DNA from: Candidatus Neomicrothrix subdominans
GTDB taxonomy: Bacteria; Actinomycetota; Acidimicrobiia; Acidimicrobiales; Microtrichaceae
DNA: 64,000 nucleotides
Assembly: GCA_016719385.1 (NCBI GenBank)
Contig: JADJZA010000003.1
Location: 4,161 to 68,160 of the forward strand
Reading direction: 5' to 3'
Shown piece after piece: positions 56,743 through 64,000 of the stretch. The notes beneath the pieces were generated by a model that did not search any database, was not told where the DNA came from, and saw only the letters and a program-made list of their open reading frames with translations. The position numbers and the translations under genes were made by a program. Position 1 is the first letter of the stretch. Each line of letters begins with the position of its first letter.

Positions 56743-57531
56743 TCAGGTCGCCGACCTACCCAGCTTCCAGTAGCCCCGAACCGTTGCCTGGGATCGGGTG
56801 AGCCCACGCCCGTCGAACAGGTGGGTGCGGATGCGCTGCATCGCCGCCGCCTCGCCGGCCACCCACACCACCGCCGGCATCGCGCCAAGGCTCTCGATCG
56901 CCTCGACCATCGCCGTCCCTGGAGCCGCCCCCTCCGGAAGGTCGAGCCAGCGGAGCGTCGTCGCCGGACCGGCGTGCAGTTCCAATCGGACGGCGGGGTC
57001 GCTGACCTCGATCAGCACCGTGACGGGCAGGGTTGGGGGCATCGCCTCGAGGAGCTGATCGATGGCGGGGATAGCGGTCTCGTCCCCGGCGAGCAGGTAC
57101 GAAGAAACGCCGGTCTGAATCTCGTAGCCCCGGCCGGGCCCCGAGACCGCCACCTCGTCCCCGGGCGTGGCCGATGCCGCCCAGCCGGAGGCCGCGCCCT
57201 CGCCGTGGGCGACGACGTCGATGGTCAGCTCGCCCGCCTCGGGATCGTGGCGGCGAGGCGTAAACGTGCGGATCGGGGCCCGCGACCCGTCCGACAGCTC
57301 GAACTGGTTGCCCGTCCACGTGGGCAGCTCCAACCGGCCGTCAGCCTGCGGCAACAGCAGACGCACCGACGCCGCCGGCTCGTCGATCGCCAGCCCATCG
57401 AGCTCGGGCCCGGCGAGGACGACGCGCGTCATGCGAGGGGTCAGCGGCGCGATCCGATCGACGGCGACCAGCCGGAACTGCGGCGGCTCCCGACGCAGTG
57501 GCGCTTTCGGGTCGGATTGGCGGGCACTCAC
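56743..57531 (-). CDS. Siderophore-interacting protein / FAD-binding ferric reductase family
   Basis: FRLVAVDRIAPLTPRMTRVVLAG...RTFTPRR...GPGRG...LLAGDETAIPAI...VWVAGEAAAMQRIR. Confidence 0.7.
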   Translation of the reverse strand: MSARQSDPKAPLRREPPQFRLVAVDRIAPLTPRMTRVVLAGPELDGLAIDEPAASVRLLLPQADGRLELPTWTGNQFELSDGSRAPIRTFTPRRHDPEAGELTIDVVAHGEGAASGWAASATPGDEVAVSGPGRGYEIQTGVSSYLLAGDETAIPAIDQLLEAMPPTLPVTVLIEVSDPAVRLELHAGPATTLRWLDLPEGAAPGTAMVEAIESLGAMPAVVWVAGEAAAMQRIRTHLFDGRGLTRSQATVRGYWKLGRSAT

Positions 57532-57636
57532 GGCGCAACTCTGTCAGAGACGGCGACCTGGAACGCAGCACCCGGCCGGTATGATCTGCAACAACGGGCC
57601 AACGAAGTCTTGGGAAGGAAGGAGGGCACCACCTTG

Positions 57637-57954
57637 ATGGAGCTGCTTCCCCCGGTTGGATGGGCAGACGTCGCTACCAAGCGCGATATCGATGCGCTCG
57701 ACCTCAATTTCCGCCGGATCGACGACCAGTTCAAGCGCGTTGACGAACGGTTCAAGCACATCGATGAGCAGTTCAAGCGCGTCGACGGACGATTTGACCG
57801 GCTTGAGTCACAGATCGATGAGCGAATCGACGCTCGATTCGACGCGTTCAACGCCAGCGTGCAGACCGACCTTCGCAGGATGCAGGCGGTGCTGTTGGGC
57901 ACGATGACAACGCTCGCCGTCGCGATCACCGGCATCATCTCCATCGCTACCTGA
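57637..57954 (+). CDS. Tail-anchored coiled-coil repeat protein, paralogue 5 (N-terminal extent uncertain)
   Basis: Family homology (RYDLQQRANEVLGRKEGTTL) extends upstream to about 57580 with no ATG/GTG start. The first usable start is ATG 57637 (MELLPPVGW), 8-11 nt after AAGGAGGG. Heptad FKRVDxx repeats, C-terminal TM. Confidence 0.5.
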   Translation: MELLPPVGWADVATKRDIDALDLNFRRIDDQFKRVDERFKHIDEQFKRVDGRFDRLESQIDERIDARFDAFNASVQTDLRRMQAVLLGTMTTLAVAITGIISIAT

Positions 57955-57996
57955 ACTCGAGCACCTGAAACACGGCGACGAGGAGGCCCTGACCCC

Positions 57997-58800
57997 TCAC
58001 CCGCGGAAGTTGGGCGACCGCTTCTCGCGGTGGGACGCCAACCCCTCTCGCGCGTCGGGACCGCCAAACCCGTAGAACTCGGCGTACAACGATGCATCGA
58101 AAGCGGGGCCGGCCGACCGGTAATGGTGGTTGAGCGTGTGCTTGGTGAACGCGATCGCCTCGGCGGACCCGGCGGCGAGGTCGACGGCGATGCTCATCGC
58201 CTCGTCTTGCACGGCGTCGTCGTCGACGCACAGCGACACCAGCCCGATGCGTTCGGCCTCCTCGCCGCTGAGCGGACGGTTGGTCAGCAGGTAGTACTTG
58301 GCCTTCGCCATGCCGCACAGCAGCGGCCAAGCAACCGCCGCATGGTCGCCGGCCGCCACGCCGAGCCGGGTGTGCCCATCGATGATCTTGGCGGACCGGC
58401 CCACCACCGACACGTCGGCGAGCAACGCCGCCACCAGCCCCGCACCAACCGCGGGGCCATGGATGGCCGACACGACCGGCTTGGAGCAGTCGATGATGCC
58501 CCACACCAGGTCTCGGGCCTCGGTCAGCACCCGGCTGCGCACCTCCCGGTCCGACATGATCGAGTCGAGCAACTCGAAGCTGCCGCCCGCCGAGAACCCC
58601 TTGCCCGCGCCGCGGATCAGCGCCACCCGCGTGTCGGGATCACGGTCGATCACCCGCCACACGTCGGCCAGGCTGCGGTGGGCGTCGGCGTCCACGGCGT
58701 TGAGGCCGGGCGCATCCAACGTGAGCCGCAGCACCCCGTCGGAAGGTCGGTCCACGCCGAAGCCGCTGAAGTTGCCGTAACGATCGTCGTCGGTGGTCAC
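57997..58800 (-). CDS. Enoyl-CoA hydratase/isomerase family protein
   Basis: [11 protein letters not shown]...GKGFSAGG...[17 protein letters not shown]. Confidence 0.75.
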   Translation of the reverse strand: MTTDDDRYGNFSGFGVDRPSDGVLRLTLDAPGLNAVDADAHRSLADVWRVIDRDPDTRVALIRGAGKGFSAGGSFELLDSIMSDREVRSRVLTEARDLVWGIIDCSKPVVSAIHGPAVGAGLVAALLADVSVVGRSAKIIDGHTRLGVAAGDHAAVAWPLLCGMAKAKYYLLTNRPLSGEEAERIGLVSLCVDDDAVQDEAMSIAVDLAAGSAEAIAFTKHTLNHHYRSAGPAFDASLYAEFYGFGGPDAREGLASHREKRSPNFRG

Positions 58801-58942
58801 AGTCCGAGTCTCGCGCCGGGGCCGGCCTCGCCGTCACAGGCCGGGCGTATCATTCAAGGCGTTGCGGCGACCCTGCGAGGCACCGCCCGGTCGCAGGCTC
58901 CGGAGGCCTTGCCCAACGTCCGACGACCATGGGGGCAGACCG

Positions 58943-59233
58943 ATGTCCATCACCAACGAGGATCGCTACAATCTGCAGCAACGATCCAACGAACTGCTGG
59001 GCAAGAAGGAGGGCGCAACCTTGATGGAACTGCTCCCACCGGTCGGCTGGGCGGACGTCGCCACCAAGACGGACCTCGAAGCTCAGACAGCCCTGCTTCG
59101 GTCTGAGTTTCGGGCCGACCTCGAGTCAAGCCTTCGTCAGCTCGAGAGCAAAATGTTCACCGCATTCCTCACCGTCATCGGCGTGTTGGCCACCATGGCG
59201 GGGCTCCTCGTAGCCGTGCTGCTGCGCTCATAG
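58943..59233 (+). CDS. Tail-anchored coiled-coil repeat protein, paralogue 6 (short core)
   Basis: MSITNEDRYNLQQRSNELLGKKEGATLMELLPPVGWADVATKTDLE...FLTVIGVLATMAGLLVAVLL. The upstream leader is similar to that of 47759. Confidence 0.65.
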   Translation: MSITNEDRYNLQQRSNELLGKKEGATLMELLPPVGWADVATKTDLEAQTALLRSEFRADLESSLRQLESKMFTAFLTVIGVLATMAGLLVAVLLRS

Positions 59234-60640
59234 CCCTCGAACGGGCGCGTGGCGGGGCCACGGACGGGCCTGTTCGAGGATGCGGGCCAGGCGCAACGGC
59301 ACCGCGTCCCGGTGGCGCCCGGCGATGATCTGGAGGCCCACCGGCAAGCCGTCGGCGGTCAGGCCAGCCGGCACCGAGATGGCCGGGTTCCAACACAGGT
59401 TGGCCGGCATCGTGTAGGGCGTCGCCATGCCCATGGCCACCTCCCGCCCGTCGATCACGGTCGGCGGCGGTCCCTTGTCGGCGAACGCCGGCACCGCCGT
59501 CGTCGGGCACAGCACCACGTCCACCTCGTCGAACAGGGCTGCCATGTGGGCCTGGAGTTGCTCGCGCAGCCGAAGGATCTCGGCGTAGCGCGCCATCCCC
59601 AGCTTCTCGGTCGCCTCGAGGCCGCGTCGCACGAAGGGCGTCAGCTCGTCGGCCAGCTGGGGCCACATGCCCGGCTCCAGGCTGAGCCACAGGTCGGCGG
59701 CCCCGGCCTGGAACCACAGGCGGACCGGATCGCCCAGATCGACCTCGCCGTCATCGAGGATCAACCCGGCGTGCTCGGCCAGCTCCTCGGTCACCGCCTG
59801 GCACAGGGCCGCCACCTCGGGATCGGTCACCCCGAACCCCAGGTCGGGCGACCAGCGGGCACGCAACCCGCCGGTGGCCAGCGAGTCGATCAGCTCGGCG
59901 TAGCGGAGCTCGGTGGCGGGGAGCGAGAGGCGGTCGCGGTCGTCGGGCCCGGCCACCGCGTCCAGGTGGCGCGCCGACTCGGCGACCGTGGTGGTGAGCA
60001 ACCCCACCACGGCGGTCTGCGAGCCGCTGGGCCCCTCGAGCGGGATGCGCCCGTGGCTGGGTTTCATCCCGACCAGCCCGCTGAACGAGGCGGGAATGCG
60101 GGTGGACCCGCCGCCGTCCGATGCGGTCGACACCGGCACCAACCCGGCCGCCACCGCAGCGGCCGAACCGCCGCTCGACCCACCCGGCGTGCGGCCCTCG
60201 CCCCACGGGCTGGTCGTCACCCCGAAGGCCAAGGTGCGGGTGAAGCTGAGCGTCCCGAACTCCGGCGCCGCCGTCTTGCCCACCGGCACCCCACCGGCGG
60301 CGCGCAGGCGGGCGACGTGGATCGAGTCCTCGGCCACCGGCCCACGGTCGGCGTACACGACCGAGCCATGCGTGGTGGGCATGCCGGCGCAGTTCTCCAA
60401 GTCCTTCACGCCGAACGGCACGCCGGCGAACGGCCCGGGGTCCTCCCCGTTGGCCACCAGATCGTCGACGCGATCGGCGGCCCGCGTGGCCGCATCGGCA
60501 TCGACGTGAACGAAGGCGTTGAGCGCGCTGTTACCTGCGTCGATGCGGGCCAGGCAGTCCTCGACCACCTCGCGGGCGGACCGCTCGCCCGACCGGACGG
60601 TATCGGCGATCTCGATGGCCGTTGGCCGTGTTTCCCCCAT
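59228..60640 (-). CDS. Amidase (amidase-signature family)
   Basis: GGSSGGSAAAVAAG signature within a 470-aa ORF. Confidence 0.8.
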   Translation of the reverse strand: MGETRPTAIEIADTVRSGERSAREVVEDCLARIDAGNSALNAFVHVDADAATRAADRVDDLVANGEDPGPFAGVPFGVKDLENCAGMPTTHGSVVYADRGPVAEDSIHVARLRAAGGVPVGKTAAPEFGTLSFTRTLAFGVTTSPWGEGRTPGGSSGGSAAAVAAGLVPVSTASDGGGSTRIPASFSGLVGMKPSHGRIPLEGPSGSQTAVVGLLTTTVAESARHLDAVAGPDDRDRLSLPATELRYAELIDSLATGGLRARWSPDLGFGVTDPEVAALCQAVTEELAEHAGLILDDGEVDLGDPVRLWFQAGAADLWLSLEPGMWPQLADELTPFVRRGLEATEKLGMARYAEILRLREQLQAHMAALFDEVDVVLCPTTAVPAFADKGPPPTVIDGREVAMGMATPYTMPANLCWNPAISVPAGLTADGLPVGLQIIAGRHRDAVPLRLARILEQARPWPRHAPVRGL

Positions 60641-60701
60641 GAGCGCTCCCCCGTCGATCGTGCGCCACAGCCTGCCAGACCGCGACGGCCGTTCCCACCG
60701 C

Positions 60702-61373
60702 TCAGAGGTAACGGTCCCCCGGTTGGCGGGTTCGCATCACCTCGGCCGGCGAGCCCCACGCCACCACGCGGTCGGGCAGGCTGCGGGTGAGCACGGCGCC
60801 CGCTCCCAACACCGAGTCGTCCCCGATCGTCAGGCCATGACGAACGATCGCCCCCATCGCCACCGCGGCCGCCCGGCCGATGCTCACCGTGCCGCCGGTG
60901 AGCGCACCCGGGCCCAGGCTGGACCCGGCGGCCATCGTGGCGTCGTGGTCCAGATTGGCCTGAGCTCCGAGCAGGGCGTGGACGTCGATGGCCGCCTGTG
61001 GACCGATCGACGCCCCCGCCAGCACGACCGCACCATCGCCGATCCGGGCCGACGCTGCCACCGACGCCGTCGGGTGAACGACCGCGACAAACGCCAGGCC
61101 AGGAACCGTGCGGGCGAGCCGCTCGGCGACGACCAGCCGGGTGTGGTTGTCGCCGACACCGATGACCACGCCGTCGATCCGGCCCTCGCTCCACCAGGGG
61201 GCGACCGCATCGGTGCCACCGACGACAGGAACGCCCAGCACGGTGCTGGTCGATGCACCACCCGCCGACCCGGCTGCGCCGTCATCGACGACGGCGACCA
61301 CCTCGAGGGTCGAACCCGCCTGGGCCGCATCGACGACGCAGGATGCGTGGCCCGAACCCCCGACGATCATCAC
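60702..61373 (-). CDS. NeuD/PglD-like sugar acetyltransferase (hexapeptide repeat)
   Basis: MIVGGSGHASCVVD... N-domain, then left-handed beta-helix repeats (IGDGAVVLAGASIG..IDVHALLGAQANLDHDATM). Start trimmed to avoid an Arg/Trp-rich leader. Confidence 0.6.
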   Translation of the reverse strand: MMIVGGSGHASCVVDAAQAGSTLEVVAVVDDGAAGSAGGASTSTVLGVPVVGGTDAVAPWWSEGRIDGVVIGVGDNHTRLVVAERLARTVPGLAFVAVVHPTASVAASARIGDGAVVLAGASIGPQAAIDVHALLGAQANLDHDATMAAGSSLGPGALTGGTVSIGRAAAVAMGAIVRHGLTIGDDSVLGAGAVLTRSLPDRVVAWGSPAEVMRTRQPGDRYL

Positions 61374-61512
61374 CCGACGCACCCACCAACCGTAGAACAC
61401 GTCGTGAGGGTGAGGCCCCACGTCCAAAAATGTCCCACGCCATCCGTACGCTGATCTCCCAGCCCAGCGATGCGGCCCAATCGCCCGCTCACGAGTCCGA
61501 CCAGGAGGACCG

Positions 61513-61986
61513 ATGAGCATCACCAATGAGGACCGCTACGATCTACAGGCGAAAGCCAACCACGTTGTGGGACGGAAGGAGGGCACCACGCTGATGGAAC
61601 TGCTCCCTCCAGTGGGCTGGGCCGACGTCGCCACGAAACGTGACCTCGACCAGCTTGAAGCACGCCTGATCGCCCAGTTCGAACGACGCTTCGTCGGCAT
61701 CGACCATCGATTTGTGGGCATCGACCAGCGATTTGTGGGCATCGACCAACGGTTCGAACGCGTCGACCAACAATTTGAACGCGTCGACGATCGATTCGAT
61801 CGGGTCGACCAACAATTTGAACGCGTCAACGACCGATTCGATCGGGTCGACCAGACGCTGACGACGGCGCTGGCGGAACAGACAGCGGCCTTCCAGACCG
61901 AGCTGCGCAAGATGTACGGCGTACTGTTGAGTGCCATGGTGGCGTTGGCCACGCTGGTCGCGGCGATCGTGGCCCTCAGCAGCTGA
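61513..61986 (+). CDS. Tail-anchored coiled-coil repeat protein, paralogue 7
   Basis: AGGAGG 4 nt upstream of the ATG. MSITNEDRYDLQAKANHVVGRKEGTTLMELLPPVGWADVATKRDLDQLE, heptads RFVGIDx/FERVDxx, TM LLSAMVALATLVAAIVAL. Confidence 0.7.
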   Translation: MSITNEDRYDLQAKANHVVGRKEGTTLMELLPPVGWADVATKRDLDQLEARLIAQFERRFVGIDHRFVGIDQRFVGIDQRFERVDQQFERVDDRFDRVDQQFERVNDRFDRVDQTLTTALAEQTAAFQTELRKMYGVLLSAMVALATLVAAIVALSS

Positions 61987-62033
61987 CAGCACCGTCCGAG
62001 CGAACGAGCGGCGTCTGCGTCCACAATGGGGAC

Positions 62034-62804
62034 ATGAACCGCAGCGACCTCCTCGACCAATTCGATCTCACCGGCCGCACCGCCATCGTCACCGGCGGCA
62101 GCCGGGGCATCGGCCGGGCGATCGCAGGCGGATTTGCCGCGCTCGGCGCCAACGTGGTGATCGCCAGCCGCAAGGGCGACGCCTGCAGCGCCGCCGCCGA
62201 GGAGATCAACGCCGCAGGGGGCTCGGCGGTCGGCGTGGCCGCTCACCTGGGCCACCTCGAGGACGGCCCGGTCGTCGTCGAGGCCGCCGTCGAGGCGTTT
62301 GGCGGCATCGACATCGTCGTCAACAACGCCGCCAACGCACTGGCCCAACCGCTGGGTGACATCACGCCCGAGGCATGGGAGAAGTCGTTCTCGACCAACC
62401 TGCGGGGCCCGGTGTTCCTCGTCCAGGAGGCGCTCCCCCACCTGCGGGCATCCGCCCACCCGGCGATCATCAACATGGTCACCGCCGGCATCTACACCGG
62501 AGGCGGCTGGATGTCGATGTACCTGGCCGCCAAGTCGGCGATGGCGTTCTTCACCCGCTCGATGGCGATGGAGCTCGCCGGCGACAACATCCGCGTCAAC
62601 GCCATCGCCCCGGGCACGGTGGCCACCGACATGGTGCGCAACAACCCCGACGAGGTGCAGCAGGCGATGGTGGACGCCCAGCTGATCAAACGCATGGCCG
62701 ATCCCGACGAGATGGTGCCGGCGGCGGCGTTTCTGGCCTCGGACGCCTCGTCGTTCATGACCGGCCAGGTGATGGTGCTCGACGGCGGCATGACCAACCA
62801 CTGA
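62034..62804 (+). CDS. SDR family oxidoreductase
   Basis: TGGSRGIGRAIA, NNAA and YxxxK (YLAAK) motifs. Confidence 0.8.
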   Translation: MNRSDLLDQFDLTGRTAIVTGGSRGIGRAIAGGFAALGANVVIASRKGDACSAAAEEINAAGGSAVGVAAHLGHLEDGPVVVEAAVEAFGGIDIVVNNAANALAQPLGDITPEAWEKSFSTNLRGPVFLVQEALPHLRASAHPAIINMVTAGIYTGGGWMSMYLAAKSAMAFFTRSMAMELAGDNIRVNAIAPGTVATDMVRNNPDEVQQAMVDAQLIKRMADPDEMVPAAAFLASDASSFMTGQVMVLDGGMTNH

Positions 62805-62899
62805 CCGCCAGGGCACCCAGATCCCCGATCAGCGACGTCGCCACGCCGAGCCGGGCCGAACCCTCCATCGGGACGGCGGGCTGGGTCACACTGGTGGCC

Positions 62900-63730
62900 A
62901 TGAACAGCGAGAGCTCCACGTCGGTCGACGCCAGCCGTCCCGCATTCGGCTACCAGGCGGCGCTCGACACCGTCCGCGACTGGGCCGAGCGGCTGGCGGT
63001 CGCCGCCGAATCGGCGCCGCTCGACACCCCGGTGCCCAGCTGTCCCGGGTGGGACCTGGGCAAGCTGGTGCGCCACACCGGCCGGGTGCACCGCTACGTC
63101 GCCGCCCTGGTCGCCCAGCGGGCGACCGAAGCACCGGCCCGGGACCTCGTCGACTTCGGGTGCCCCGCCGACGACGGCGAGCCGTCGGCGTGGATCGCCT
63201 GGTACCGCAGCGGGGCCGAACAGCTCCTGGCCGTGTTCGACGACACCACACCCGACACGCCGATGTGGTCCTGGGGAGACGATCAACACGCCACCTTCTG
63301 GGCCCGCCGGATGGCCCACGAGACCGTGATCCACGCGGTCGACGCCCACCTGGCGGTCGGGACGGAAACGGCCATCGACCCCACGGTCGCCGTCGACGGC
63401 CTGGACGAACTGCTCGAGATCCGGCGCACCTCCCCGACCTTTACCCAACTCGAGGAGCCGTTCGCCGGCGCCGGCACCGTGCACCTGCACGCCACCGACG
63501 ACTCGCTGGCCCCGGGCCACGGCGAATGGATGATCACCTTCGGGCCCCACGGGTACGACTCGAGCCACGGCCACGGCAAGGGCGACGTGGCGGTCAAGGC
63601 GTCCGCAGCCACGCTGGAACTGCTTACCCTGGGACGCGCAAGCGCCGAGACCGCAGAGCACCACGGCGCTCAGATCTTTGGCGACCGGGACGTCCTCGAC
63701 CGGTGGCTGGCGGGGATGACGTTCACGTGA
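62900..63730 (+). CDS. Maleylpyruvate isomerase-family mycothiol-dependent enzyme (DinB-like, TIGR03083-type)
   Basis: PSCPGWDLGKLVRHTG..., FWARRMAHETVIHAVDA. ATG at 62900, in frame within the longer ORF 62375..63730. Confidence 0.6.
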   Translation: MNSESSTSVDASRPAFGYQAALDTVRDWAERLAVAAESAPLDTPVPSCPGWDLGKLVRHTGRVHRYVAALVAQRATEAPARDLVDFGCPADDGEPSAWIAWYRSGAEQLLAVFDDTTPDTPMWSWGDDQHATFWARRMAHETVIHAVDAHLAVGTETAIDPTVAVDGLDELLEIRRTSPTFTQLEEPFAGAGTVHLHATDDSLAPGHGEWMITFGPHGYDSSHGHGKGDVAVKASAATLELLTLGRASAETAEHHGAQIFGDRDVLDRWLAGMTFT

Positions 63731-64000
63731 TCGCCACCCGGAACGCCCCGCGGTGAACACGAGCGGGGACGTCGAACAGCCACCGGGGACCAGGCCCGGC
63801 CCGCAACCGGGGCGTTCGAGCATCGAGCCCCTTCCCACCGTCGGATCGCCGGCGCTGGCCCGCCGCCGACGGATGCGACACCGCCTCGTGGCGCTCGGCG
63901 CCTGGGTGGTGCTCATCGTCGCCGCCCAGGTGGCGATCCAGCGAAGCGGCAAGGGAACGGTCGAGGCGCTCTCCGACGCGGTCGAGGTGGCCCGCGGCGC

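Noticed and set aside
59249-60790. 513-aa plus-strand ORF
   Set aside because: Antisense to the amidase, which carries the GGSSGGSAAAVAAG signature.
61536-63952. Long minus-strand ORFs 61536..62816 and 62492..63952
   Set aside because: Antisense to the coiled-coil, SDR and DinB-like genes. Repetitive Arg/Gly/Asp/His composition.
1-64000. rRNA, tRNA or prophage structural modules
   Set aside because: I recognised no cloverleaf-like or rRNA-like conserved stretches. There are no capsid, terminase, portal or tail gene signatures. Without a search tool a tRNA could be missed.

Overview
High-GC (roughly 65-70%) actinobacterial-type chromosome segment, mostly accessory DNA. All calls come from reading the sequence and ORF translations by eye; no searches were run.
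(1) 3.6-15.3 kb: a compact island of protein/peptide-modification genes between mobile elements. It holds four PqqD-like (RRE-type) domains on HprK-like kinase paralogues, a methyltransferase, and a seven-gene translationally coupled operon. That operon starts with a Tat-signal protein, followed by a JmjC oxygenase, a sulfotransferase-like protein, a P4H-like oxygenase, two unknowns and a third 2OG oxygenase. No known RiPP core enzyme is visible. This is my best candidate for an undescribed system.
(2) 15.3-27 kb: a mobile-element graveyard. An ISL3 element (8-bp target duplication) carries a group II intron in its transposase gene. A recombinase-in-trio (RIT) element sits inside intron domain V. 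Nearby are a second RIT, a third RIT remnant and a decayed IS3. An IS1634 copy and a truncated intron RT lie at 0-3.6 kb.
(3) 27.7-47.6 kb: a patchwork of duplicated, deleted and fused fragments. It includes three vapBC copies, HepT/MntA, NTase/HEPN, Phd/RelE remnants, DUF4143 ATPases, DUF2442, acyl-CoA ligase pieces and a decayed atu/liu-like cluster.
(4) 47.7-64 kb: ordinary metabolic and envelope genes, a PqqD + nucleotidyltransferase pair, an intact PqqD-HprK-like kinase, a Phd/RelE pair and an HNH/DUF222 gene.
Seven paralogues of a small tail-anchored coiled-coil protein with a variable repeat core are scattered across 30.7-62 kb. I recognised no rRNA, tRNA or CRISPR array. Many single-base frameshifts sit in homopolymers, so sequencing error cannot be excluded.
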